DNA of 64,000 nucleotides from an uncultured Verrucomicrobiae bacterium. Lineage in GTDB: Bacteria > Verrucomicrobiota > Verrucomicrobiia > Chthoniobacterales > JAATET01. Location of the stretch: NCBI GenBank assembly GCA_963719495.1, contig CAVRCI010000005.1:160001-224000 (forward strand), written 5' to 3'. Both the position numbers and the translations under genes were made by a program. The number at the start of each line of letters is the position of its first letter. Positions within the stretch are counted from its first letter, which is position 1. The notes below the pieces were generated by a model, which worked only from the letters and a program-made list of their open reading frames with translations, was not told where the DNA came from and did no database searches. Shown in pieces: positions 9,559 to 18,384 of this stretch.

Positions 9559-9975
9559 ATGCCCGAAGAAGCCACCAATCTCATCACCGGAACCGATCCG
9601 GCCGAAATCAACCTCGAAGCCAGCAAGGCCCACGCCGAAGCCGCTGGGGATACGGCCAAAACAGCCGCCCAAGACATCTACTCCAGCACGAAGGGCAAGG
9701 CCGAAGCCGCGATCGGAAAAGGGAAGGAGCAACTCTCCAAAGCCGCCCAGGATCTCTCCGATGCGGGGAAAGCCAAGTATGAAGACCTGAAAGCGAAGGC
9801 GACCGTGAAGGGCGAGGAATACAAAGGCAAAGCGCAGGACGCTCTCGGGGAAGCGCAGGCCAAGGCCAAGGTCATCCAGTCGGATTCCGAGCAATACATC
9901 CGCGATAATCCGCTGCAGGCCGTCGGCATCGCCCTCGGCGTTGGCTTCGTTCTCGGAATCGTCCTCCGCAAGTAA
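9559..9975 (+). CDS. DUF883/ElaB/YqjD family tail-anchored stress protein
   Basis: Ala/Lys-rich helical repeats; C-terminal YIRDNPLQAVGIALGVGFVLG. Confidence 0.85.
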   Translation: MPEEATNLITGTDPAEINLEASKAHAEAAGDTAKTAAQDIYSSTKGKAEAAIGKGKEQLSKAAQDLSDAGKAKYEDLKAKATVKGEEYKGKAQDALGEAQAKAKVIQSDSEQYIRDNPLQAVGIALGVGFVLGIVLRK

Positions 9976-10029
9976 ATCGTTTCCGACCCCCGGTGGATCC
10001 TCCGCGATCCACCGGGGTCCTTCGTTTCA

Positions 10030-10479
10030 ATGACACCAGATCCCGGAGTTCCTCCGAACCCAGCCGAGCCCGAATCCGGCTTCGTCACCGATTGCATTCG
10101 GTTGTTCGGGTCGTTCTCGCGTCACTTTTCCGCGATTTTCTCGCTCGCCGGGCTGGAGATGAAGGAAGCCGTCGGGCTCTACGTCCGCATCATCGTCATG
10201 CTCTTGGCGGCGTTGGTGTTCCTCCTCCTCGGCTACGTATTCTTCATTCTCACCGCCGCCTTCGCGATCGCCTGGCTCTTCAGCGTCGCTTGGGTCTGGA
10301 TCGCCCTCGGATTCACCGTTATCCACTTCCTGATCGCGTTCGTTTGCGCCTTGGCCGCCAAACGGCACTTCCGCACCCCGGTCTTCGGGACCACATCGTC
10401 CGAGTTTCGGAAGGATTTTCAGCTCTTGAGCCAACACGACACCACGCCCGCACCCGCCGCGAGCGTGCCATTCCCATGA
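10030..10479 (+). CDS. YqjE-like (holin-family) two-TM membrane protein
   Basis: Two TM helices; conserved position after a DUF883 gene. Confidence 0.7.
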   Translation: MTPDPGVPPNPAEPESGFVTDCIRLFGSFSRHFSAIFSLAGLEMKEAVGLYVRIIVMLLAALVFLLLGYVFFILTAAFAIAWLFSVAWVWIALGFTVIHFLIAFVCALAAKRHFRTPVFGTTSSEFRKDFQLLSQHDTTPAPAASVPFP

Positions 10480-10847
10480 CGCGCGCCGAAATTCTCCTCG
10501 AACTCGAAGCGAGCCGCCGTGCGATCAGCCGCGACTATCACGGTGTCCGCGAAGCGGCGAACGTCCCCAAGAGGCTCAAATCGACGTTTAAAAAGCACCC
10601 CGTCCCCTGGCTTGGGGGTGCAGCCGCCATCGGTTGGCTCCTGTCGGGACGCGGTCGCAAGCAAAAGAAAGTGATGGTCGAACGCCAGGTCGACGCCGAC
10701 GGTAACGTCGTGAAGGAAAAGGCCAAAAAGCTCGGCATTTTCACGATTCTGCTCTCGATCCTTCGAGTCGTCATCCCCGTGGTGAAGCCCGCCGTGTTGG
10801 CCTTCACCGCCAAGAAATTCGCCGACGTCGCCGGAAAACTGAACTGA
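10476..10847 (+). CDS. YqjK-like hypothetical protein
   Basis: ATGA overlap; HPVPWLGGAAAIGWLL motif; third gene of a yqjDEK-like cluster. Confidence 0.6.
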   Translation: MTRAEILLELEASRRAISRDYHGVREAANVPKRLKSTFKKHPVPWLGGAAAIGWLLSGRGRKQKKVMVERQVDADGNVVKEKAKKLGIFTILLSILRVVIPVVKPAVLAFTAKKFADVAGKLN

Positions 10848-11126
10848 CTCCAGAGTCCGTGGAATCGGCTTCCAGCCGATCACCAAACCAAAAATCGGCC
10901 GAAGGCCGGTTTCGATCCGACCGCCTGGAGTTGGACGTCCAAAGGAAGCTCGATGGGTTCCACGCGAGCGCACGCCGCCCACACTGCGACGATCCGACCA
11001 GCAAACAAGACCCCGCTCGTGACCCCGCGACAGCGGCCAGAACCCGCAAAGATCGCTTTCCGTCCCAACGCGCAGCGCGAAAATCGCTCGCGGATCGCCC
11101 TCCGCTTCGTCAGAACTAACAGGCTC

Positions 11127-12422
11127 ATGCGCATCGTGTTCGCCTCCCTTGGTTCGCTGGGCGACCTCCATCCGCTGCTCGCCCTGGCCGCCGCCACCCG
11201 CGACCGGGGCCACGATCCGCTGATCGCCGCGTCCGAAATCTACCGCGACGACATCGGGAAGGTCGGCTTCGCCTTCCACCCGATCCGGCCCGACTTCGAA
11301 TTCGAATCCGGTCTCGTCGCCCGCCTTTTCGATCCCGTTCGCGGCCCCCAGCGCCTCATGCGGGAGCAGGTTTTCCCCAGCGTCCGCGAGACCTACGCCG
11401 ACCTCGTCGCCGCCACCGACAACGCCGACCTCCTCGTCGTCGGCGAACTCCTTTACGTCGCACCACTCGTCGCCGCCAAGCGTAAAATCCCGTGGATAAA
11501 CGCCGTCCTCGCCCCCACCTCGTTCCTCTCCGCCTACGATCCCTGCGTGCTCGCCCCCGCCCCGGCCCTCCACCCCCTACGACACCTCGGGACCTGGCCG
11601 CACCGACTGATCTTCGCCCTCGGTCGCCGGGTCACGTCCCGCTGGAGCGCACCGCTCACCGCCTTCCGCCGCGAACTCGGATTTCCGCCCGCCGGCAGTC
11701 CGATCTTCGACGCCAAACACTCCCCGTCCCTCACGCTCGCGCTCTTTCCGGAATTTCTCGCCGCCCCCCAGCGGGACTGGCCCACCAGCACCCGGCAGAC
11801 GGGATTCGTCTACTTCACCCAGTCCGCCCAGCCGGACGTCGTCCGTCGAATCGAGAAATTCAAAGCCGCCGGCGACCCACCCATCGTTTTCACCCTCGGT
11901 TCCTCGGTCGTCCACATCGCCAGGGAGTTTTACGATTGGGCTGCCCGCGTCGCCTCCGATCTCGGCCGCCGCGCCATCCTCCTCACCGGCAAAAACGCCG
12001 TCCCCGCCGATCTGCCGCCGTCGCTCCTCGCGATCGACTACGCCCCACTCGAACACGTCCTGCCCGGAGCGGCCGCCGTCGTCCACCAAGGCGGCGTCGG
12101 CACCTGCGCCGAGGCGCTGCGCTGGGGCGTCCCGTCGCTCGTCATCCCCTTCGGATTCGACCAACCCGACAACGCCAAACGCCTCCACCACCTCGGCGTC
12201 GCCCACGTCCTCCCCCGCCGCAAACTCTCCGCCGCCCGCCTCGCCGCCCACCTCCGCACTCTCCTCGCCGACGACCGCGTCCAAGCCAAAGCGCGATCTT
12301 TAAGCACCCAAATCGATCCCACCGCCGCGCTCGACGATTCCATCAAAGCGTTGGAAACTCTCGCCGCCGTCCCGACACCACCCACCGCGTCAACGCCACC
12401 CGCCACTCCGTCCCTCCGGTAG
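11127..12422 (+). CDS. GT1 family glycosyltransferase (RhlB/sterol glucosyltransferase-like)
   Basis: GSLGDLHPLLALA, VHQGGVGT, PFGFDQPDNA. Confidence 0.9.
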   Translation: MRIVFASLGSLGDLHPLLALAAATRDRGHDPLIAASEIYRDDIGKVGFAFHPIRPDFEFESGLVARLFDPVRGPQRLMREQVFPSVRETYADLVAATDNADLLVVGELLYVAPLVAAKRKIPWINAVLAPTSFLSAYDPCVLAPAPALHPLRHLGTWPHRLIFALGRRVTSRWSAPLTAFRRELGFPPAGSPIFDAKHSPSLTLALFPEFLAAPQRDWPTSTRQTGFVYFTQSAQPDVVRRIEKFKAAGDPPIVFTLGSSVVHIAREFYDWAARVASDLGRRAILLTGKNAVPADLPPSLLAIDYAPLEHVLPGAAAVVHQGGVGTCAEALRWGVPSLVIPFGFDQPDNAKRLHHLGVAHVLPRRKLSAARLAAHLRTLLADDRVQAKARSLSTQIDPTAALDDSIKALETLAAVPTPPTASTPPATPSLR

Positions 12423-12437
12423 CCTCAGTAACGACCC

Positions 12438-14228
12438 ATGCCCGAAGAGACCACACCACCCGTCAGCCGACTCACCTCCCTCCGCCGCGCCGCCGCCGTC
12501 TTCCGAACGATTCGCCCCTACCGCGTCCGTTTCGCCGGGGCCATCGTCGCGCTCGTCGTCGCCACCGGCTTCGGACTCACGTTCCCCTACCTCACCGGCC
12601 TGCTCCTCGACGCCGCCAGCGGGAACAGCGACGCCACCAACTGGACCGGCAGCATCAATTCCATCGCCCTCGTCCTCCTCGGCACGCTGGCGATCCAGGC
12701 CGCCTTCTCGTTCTTTGCAAGCTACTGGTTCTACAGTTGCGGCGAGACGGCCACCGTCGACCTCCGCCGCGAAATCTTCGCCCGCCTGATCGGCCTCCCG
12801 ATGGACTTCTTCGGCCAACGCCGCGTCGGCGAACTCTCCAGCCGGATGACCTCCGACCTCACCCTCCTGCAGGACACGCTCACCATGACGGTCCCGCAAT
12901 TTCTTCGCCAATGCCTCCTCATGTCGGGCGGCCTCACGCTCGTCGCGGTCACTTCGATCAAACTCACCGGCTTGATGATCTGCACCTTCCCGGTCCTCAT
13001 CCTCATCGCCATCCTCTTCGGCAAGCGCGTGCGCGTGCATTCCCGCGAGGCCCAGGACCGCATGGCCGACACAGTCACCACCATCGAGGAATCCCTCCAA
13101 GGCATCGCGAACGTCAAAGCCTTCGGCAACGAAGCCTTCGAACTCCGCCGCTACACCGATGGCCTCCAGGCCTTCCTCCGCGTCATCCTCCGCACCGCCC
13201 GCCTCCGCGCCGCGATGGTCTCGTTCATCATCTTCGGCATCTTTGGCTCCATCGTCGTCGTCTTCTGGTATGGCGCGCAGCTCATGCAAACCGGCCAGCT
13301 GACCTTCGGCGAATTCACCCGCTTCATCCTCTACACCACCTTCGTCGGCGGCTCCGTCGCCTCGTTCGCCGACGTCTTCTCACACGTCCAAAAAACCCTC
13401 GGCGCCACCGAGCGAGTCCGCGAACTCCTCGACGAAACCCCCGAAATCCTCGCGACCGCCGACCCCACCCCCGCCCCCCGCGTCCGCGGCGACGTCCACT
13501 TCGACGCCGTCGATTTCCGCTACCCGTCCCGGCCCGAGATTCCCGTCCTCCGCGACCTCACCCTCCGCGCCGCCGCCGGCGAAAAGATCGCCCTCGTCGG
13601 CCCCAGCGGAGCCGGCAAATCCACCATCGTCTCGCTCCTCCTCCGCTTTCACGAACCCGACGCCGGCGCCATCCGCATCGACGACCGCCCCACCACCGAC
13701 TTCACCCTCCCCGCCCTCCGCGACCAGATGGCCATCGTCCCCCAGGAAGTCCTCCTCTTCGGCGGCACCATCGAGGAGAACATCCGCTACGGCCGGCCAA
13801 CCGCGACCAACGAAGAAATCCTCGCCGCCTCCCGCCAGGCGGCCTGCCACGAATTCATCGAACGCTTCCCCGAAGGTTACGCCACCCTCGTCGGCGAACG
13901 CGGCGTCAAACTCTCCGGCGGCCAACGCCAGCGTATCGCCATCGCCCGCGCCCTGCTCAAGGATCCCGCCATCCTCATCCTCGACGAGGCCACCAGCGCC
14001 CTCGACTCCGAAAGCGAGCACCTCATCCAACGGGCTCTCAATGCCCTGCTCGAGAACCGCACCGCCATCATCATCGCCCACCGCCTCGCCACCGTCCGCA
14101 AGGTCGACCGCATCTACGTCATCGAAGACGGCACCGTCCTCGAATCCGGCAACCACGACGAGCTCATCGCCAAACCCGACGGCCACTACCGCCGCCTCGC
14201 GGAAATGCAGTTCGCCACCCAGGAATAA
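12438..14228 (+). CDS. ABC exporter, fused TMD + ATPase (MsbA/ABCB-like)
   Basis: Six TMs; GPSGAGKS, LSGGQRQR, ILDEATSALD, AHRL. Confidence 0.95.
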   Translation: MPEETTPPVSRLTSLRRAAAVFRTIRPYRVRFAGAIVALVVATGFGLTFPYLTGLLLDAASGNSDATNWTGSINSIALVLLGTLAIQAAFSFFASYWFYSCGETATVDLRREIFARLIGLPMDFFGQRRVGELSSRMTSDLTLLQDTLTMTVPQFLRQCLLMSGGLTLVAVTSIKLTGLMICTFPVLILIAILFGKRVRVHSREAQDRMADTVTTIEESLQGIANVKAFGNEAFELRRYTDGLQAFLRVILRTARLRAAMVSFIIFGIFGSIVVVFWYGAQLMQTGQLTFGEFTRFILYTTFVGGSVASFADVFSHVQKTLGATERVRELLDETPEILATADPTPAPRVRGDVHFDAVDFRYPSRPEIPVLRDLTLRAAAGEKIALVGPSGAGKSTIVSLLLRFHEPDAGAIRIDDRPTTDFTLPALRDQMAIVPQEVLLFGGTIEENIRYGRPTATNEEILAASRQAACHEFIERFPEGYATLVGERGVKLSGGQRQRIAIARALLKDPAILILDEATSALDSESEHLIQRALNALLENRTAIIIAHRLATVRKVDRIYVIEDGTVLESGNHDELIAKPDGHYRRLAEMQFATQE

Positions 14229-14253
14229 TCACCCGCCGCGTGCTTCGATCCGT

Positions 14254-14619
14254 TCAAGTCGGATCGAACCAATCGAAGATCCCCGAAAGATCGAGATCCG
14301 GCCATTCCAGCCACGACAGGTCGATGTCCGGCCACTCGAACCCCGCCCCGTCCGCGAGATCGGCCAGCATCGCCGCCCGCATCGTGGCGTAATCGCACAC
14401 CTCGCCCGCCGCCTCGTGCAACGCCTTGAAATCCTCCGGCGTCGAATAAAAGCAATACGCCCAACAGTGGATGTCCACCGGATAGCCGCGCCTCGTCGCC
14501 GCCCGGCCAACCTCGCCGGGCTTGTAATACTTCCGCTTCCCGTGCCGGGCGACCAACTCCTCGCCGACATCGCTAACGAATCTGCGTTTATCCGATGGCT
14601 CCAAATGACAGGCCGACAC
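14254..14619 (-). CDS. Hypothetical protein
   Basis: Protein-like composition, fills the intergenic gap convergent to the ABC gene. Confidence 0.6.
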   Translation of the reverse strand: MSACHLEPSDKRRFVSDVGEELVARHGKRKYYKPGEVGRAATRRGYPVDIHCWAYCFYSTPEDFKALHEAAGEVCDYATMRAAMLADLADGAGFEWPDIDLSWLEWPDLDLSGIFDWFDPT

Positions 14620-14799
14620 GGCGCGAGAATGGCCCCGCTACGACCGCAGAGCAATTCCGCATCACCCCGTAAGCCACCAAGTCACCAGCACCCACGCCAA
14701 CCTTCCCTTTGCACGATTCGCGAGGAGTTGTATGATTCGTAAAAGCACGAAATCTCAAAGCGCGGCCTCCCCCCGGCCCGCGGACCCCTCGTCCCCGCA

Positions 14800-15672
14800 A
14801 TGAAAATCCGTCCCTACATCCACTCCATCGGCATCTGTTTCTCTGCCGCCCTGTCCATCTTCGGCGGTCACGCCGTGCAAGCCACCGGCGGCAATCTCAA
14901 AGACGCTTCCAAGAAAAAAAACCGCGCCAGCCAAAGCGAACGCGAAAAGGCCGAGGACGGGATCACCAGCACCCCCGGCCAATATTTCAATCCAGCCAAG
15001 CGCGGCGGCGAACGGTACCCTTGGAAAACCGGCATCGTCACCACCACGTTTTGGGTCGGCGAAAAACCTTCGCAGAACAACCCCGTCCCCAATCACCAGA
15101 GTTCGTGGGACCGCGACTGGGCGAAGAACTACGGCGGCACCGACACGCCGGACAAGGAACGCCGGAATTCCGAGTTCATCCCCGCCTCGTTCAAGCCGCG
15201 TCAAAACCCCTTCTACATCGCACTCCCCTACAACGACAAAACCATCCATGGCCACAAAAAGGAGGCCGCGAGCGTCATCCCGTGGTTCAAAGACAACTAC
15301 GCCGGACCGCACGAATCCGTCTGCAAGGGACGTTGGATCGCCATCCGCTTTCAGGGAAAAATCGCCTACGCCCAGTGGGAGGACGTGGGCCCCTTCCGGA
15401 CGGATCATTGGGAATACGTCTTCGGCAACGAACGACCGAAGCCAAATCTGAACAAAGGAGCCGGCCTCGACGTCTCACCCGCCGTCCGTGACTACCTTGG
15501 AATGAGCGGCACCGACGTCACCGACTGGAAATTCGTCGAATTCGAAGAGGTCCCGCCCGGCCCGTGGGCGCGCTACGGCGACAACAACACCTTCGTCCAG
15601 CATCGCCGCATCATCGACGCCGCGACCATCACGGCGGACGACGTCGCCGAGGGTGAGACCACGCTGAACTGA
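14800..15672 (+). CDS. Secreted hypothetical protein, possible double-psi beta-barrel (RlpA-like) domain
   Basis: Signal peptide; WEDVGPF...AGLDVSPAV resembles DPBB D-x-GP...DLS motifs. Confidence 0.65.
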   Translation: MKIRPYIHSIGICFSAALSIFGGHAVQATGGNLKDASKKKNRASQSEREKAEDGITSTPGQYFNPAKRGGERYPWKTGIVTTTFWVGEKPSQNNPVPNHQSSWDRDWAKNYGGTDTPDKERRNSEFIPASFKPRQNPFYIALPYNDKTIHGHKKEAASVIPWFKDNYAGPHESVCKGRWIAIRFQGKIAYAQWEDVGPFRTDHWEYVFGNERPKPNLNKGAGLDVSPAVRDYLGMSGTDVTDWKFVEFEEVPPGPWARYGDNNTFVQHRRIIDAATITADDVAEGETTLN

Positions 15673-15684
15673 GTTCAGAAAAAA

Positions 15685-15766
15685 TACCGGCGGAGGGGAT
15701 CGAACCCACACTCCGTAAGGAACACGATTTTGAGTCGCGCGCGTCTGCCAATTCCGCCACGCCGGC
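15685..15766 (-). tRNA. tRNA-Leu(CAA)
   Basis: GCCGGCGTGGCGGAATTGGCAGACGCG...CT-CAA-AA...long variable arm...GGTTCGATCCC; CCA not encoded. Confidence 0.95.
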
Positions 15767-15846
15767 CGTGAACAGGAAAAGATGCGCAACGGTCAGTCGA
15801 AAGACAACCGCAATCTAGCGGCGAAAGCCGCTCCATCGTAGCAACC

Positions 15847-15887
15847 TGTCATCCTGAGCGCAGCGAAGGATCTCTGGCATACACTCC
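15847..15887 (+). repeat. TGTCAT-type palindromic repeat (single copy)
   Basis: TGTC-ATCCT-GAGCGCAGCGA-AGGAT-CTCTGGCATACACTCC. Confidence 0.9.
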
Positions 15888-15893
15888 ACCCGC

Positions 15894-15928
15894 CACCATT
15901 CACCATTCACCACTCACCACTCACCATT
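15894..15928 (+). repeat. Heptamer tandem repeat CACCA(T/C)T x5
   Basis: Read directly. Confidence 0.9.
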
Positions 15929-15972
15929 CCCTTCCCCTCCCCCGGCGACAATGACACACTCGCCCACGATCC

Positions 15973-16893
15973 ATGGTCGCCTTCGTCATTCGCCGCCTCG
16001 CCGCCCTGGTCGTCGTCCTCTTCCTCGTCGTCTCCGCGACGTTTTTCCTCATCCGGCTCTCCCCCGGTGGTCCGTTCGACTCCGAGCGTAAGATCCCCGA
16101 AGCCATCGAGAAGCAGCTCCTCGCCAAATACAAACTCGACGGCACCCTCTGGCAGCAATACAGCGGCTACCTCGGCGATCTCGTTCGCGGCGACCTCCGG
16201 CTCTCGACCAAATACCGCAGCCGCTCCGTCAACGAGATTCTCGCCCAGACCCTTCCCGTCACGTTCGTCCTCGGCTCCGCGGCCTTCCTGATCGCGTCCA
16301 TCGGCGGCGTCTGGCTCGGAGCGTTCGCCGCCGTCCGCCACCACACCTGGGGCGACGCCGGCTCCATGCTCTTTGCCCTCCTCGCGATCTCGCTCCCCGC
16401 CTTCGTCACCGGCCCGCTCGCCATCCTCGTCTTCGCCCTCGGCCTCGGCTGGTTCCCCGTCGGCGGTTGGGGCGGCCTTTCCCACCTCGTCCTTCCCGCC
16501 ACCATCCTCGCCGCCCCCTACGTCGCCTACATCGCCCGCCTCATGCGCAGCAGTATGCTCGACACCCTGCACCAGGACTTCGTCCGCACCGCTTACGCCA
16601 AAGGCCTCGGAGCCCGCACCGTCCTCTACAAACACGCCCTCCGCGTCGCCATCCTCCCCGTCATCTCCTTTCTCGGCCCCCTCGCCGCCCACCTTCTCAC
16701 CGGCTCCATCGTCGTCGAAACCATCTTCAACATCCCCGGAGCCGGCGGATTTTTCGTGAATTCGATCCAAAACCGAGACGGCTTCCTGCTCGGCGGCGTC
16801 GTCATCGTCTACTGCGTCCTGCTGGTCGTCTTCAACCTCATCGTCGACATTGCCTACACCCTGCTCGACCGGAGGATCGCACTCGATGGCTGA
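15973..16893 (+). CDS. oppB: Oligopeptide ABC transporter permease OppB
   Basis: PGGPF, FVRTAYAKGL EAA loop, GSIVVETIFNIPG. Confidence 0.9.
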   Translation: MVAFVIRRLAALVVVLFLVVSATFFLIRLSPGGPFDSERKIPEAIEKQLLAKYKLDGTLWQQYSGYLGDLVRGDLRLSTKYRSRSVNEILAQTLPVTFVLGSAAFLIASIGGVWLGAFAAVRHHTWGDAGSMLFALLAISLPAFVTGPLAILVFALGLGWFPVGGWGGLSHLVLPATILAAPYVAYIARLMRSSMLDTLHQDFVRTAYAKGLGARTVLYKHALRVAILPVISFLGPLAAHLLTGSIVVETIFNIPGAGGFFVNSIQNRDGFLLGGVVIVYCVLLVVFNLIVDIAYTLLDRRIALDG

Positions 16894-17779
16894 TCCCCGC
16901 GCCTGGCGTCGCCTCCGCTCCAATCCCGTCGCCATCGCGTCCGCCGCGATCCTGACCTTCGTGGTCCTGGCGGCCATCTTCGGCCCGCTCTTCGTCCCGG
17001 AGTCCTACCGCGACCCCAGCACGCTCCAATACGCCGCGCCGTCCTGGGCGCACCCGTTCGGCACCGATCTCAACGGCCGCGACGTTCTCTACCGCGTCCT
17101 CACCGGCACGCGCCTCTCCCTCATCGTCGGCCTCTGCGGAGCCGTCGTCAGTCTCTTCATCGGCACCGCCTACGGCCTGATCGCCGGCTACGTCGGCGGT
17201 CGCGTCGACGCCGCGATGATGCGATTCGTCGACGTCCTGTATTCCATCCCCCGCCTCATCTTCATCCTCATCGCGATCAACGCCTTCAACGGTTACCTCG
17301 AACAATTCGCCGCCGAGCGCGGCTGGGATTGGTTCGTCGGCTACTCCCGCATTTTCATTCTCATCGTCTCCCTTGGCGTCATCGAATGGCTCACCATGGC
17401 CCGCATCGTCCGAGGCCAGGTCCTCGCATTGAAGACCCGCCAATACGTCCTCGCCGCTCGCTCCCTCGGCCAATCCCACTTCGCAATCCTCATCCGCCAC
17501 CTCCTCCCGAACCTCCTGGGAATCATCATCATCTACCTCACCCTCACGATCCCCTCAGTCATCATCGACGAATCCTTCCTCTCCTTCCTGGGTCTGGGAA
17601 TCCAACCCCCCATGGCCAGCCTGGGCTCGCTCCTCGCCGATGGAGCCGGAGCGATCAATCCAGTGAGAAGCTTCTGGTGGATGATCGTCTTCCCCGCCGC
17701 CGCCATGGCCGCCACCCTCCTGGCGCTCAACTTCCTGGGCGACGCCCTGAGAGATGCCCTAGATCCAAGGGGCAAATAA
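16886..17779 (+). CDS. oppC: Oligopeptide ABC transporter permease OppC
   Basis: HPFGTDLNGRD, ESFLSFLGLG, NFLGDALRDALDP. Confidence 0.9.
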   Translation: MADPRAWRRLRSNPVAIASAAILTFVVLAAIFGPLFVPESYRDPSTLQYAAPSWAHPFGTDLNGRDVLYRVLTGTRLSLIVGLCGAVVSLFIGTAYGLIAGYVGGRVDAAMMRFVDVLYSIPRLIFILIAINAFNGYLEQFAAERGWDWFVGYSRIFILIVSLGVIEWLTMARIVRGQVLALKTRQYVLAARSLGQSHFAILIRHLLPNLLGIIIIYLTLTIPSVIIDESFLSFLGLGIQPPMASLGSLLADGAGAINPVRSFWWMIVFPAAAMAATLLALNFLGDALRDALDPRGK

Positions 17780-17812
17780 AAGGGGACGAAGTCCCCGCCC
17801 CATCCCCCAACC

Positions 17813-18243
17813 TGTCATTCTGAGCGAAGCGAAGAATCTCTGGCATACACTCCTCACTCCATGCGCGACCACGACTACTGGGTCTACATCCTCACCAACA
17901 AAAGCCAATCGACCCTCTACACCGGCGTAACCAGCCAACTCGGCGTCCGCCTAGCCCAGCACAAAACCGGCGAAAAGCCCGGCTTCACCACCCGCTACCA
18001 CCTAGACCGCCTCGTCTGGTTCGAGCACTTCCGAGACATCCGCGACGCCATCACCTGCGAAAAGCGCCTTAAAGGCTGGCGACGGGAACGAAAGATCGAG
18101 GTGATCGAGCGAACGAACCCAAAGTGGCACGACCTGAGCCGGGACCTCTACGAAGAGCCGCCTGTCCCACCTGCGGAGAACGACGCCGAATATCTGTGGA
18201 CGAGAGTGTAAGCCAGAGATCTTTCGCTTCGCTCAAGATGACA
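17813..18243. mobile_element. Putative repeat-flanked GIY-YIG element (inverted TGTCAT repeats at 17813-17852 and 18204-18243)
   Basis: Inverted repeats abut both ends of the nuclease ORF; mobility is inferred. Confidence 0.6.
17861..18211 (+). CDS. Stand-alone GIY-YIG nuclease family protein
   Basis: YWVYILTN...LYTGVT...R...H...EKRLKGWRR...NPKWHDL. Confidence 0.92.
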   Translation: MRDHDYWVYILTNKSQSTLYTGVTSQLGVRLAQHKTGEKPGFTTRYHLDRLVWFEHFRDIRDAITCEKRLKGWRRERKIEVIERTNPKWHDLSRDLYEEPPVPPAENDAEYLWTRV

Positions 18244-18289
18244 TAATTAAGAGGGGATCCCGGAGGTCGCGAAAGCGTGTCGTCCAACC

Positions 18290-18333
18290 TGTCATGCTGA
18301 GCGAAGCGAAGCATCTCTGGCTGACACTCCTCA
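18290..18333 (+). repeat. TGTCAT-type palindromic repeat
   Basis: TGTC-ATGCT-GAGCGAAGCGA-AGCAT-CTCTGGC. Confidence 0.9.
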
Positions 18334-18384
18334 CCGCCCGGCACCACCCCAACCGCCGCCACGCCTGACACCACCCCCTGCCCC

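Noticed and set aside
10030..10479. Holin-family gene as evidence of a prophage
   Set aside because: It sits in a yqjDEK-like stress cluster with no phage genes.
15847..18333. TGTCAT repeats interpreted as CRISPR repeats or integron attC sites
   Set aside because: Mixed orientations, irregular kilobase spacing, no integrase or cas gene, and no attC R-box structure.
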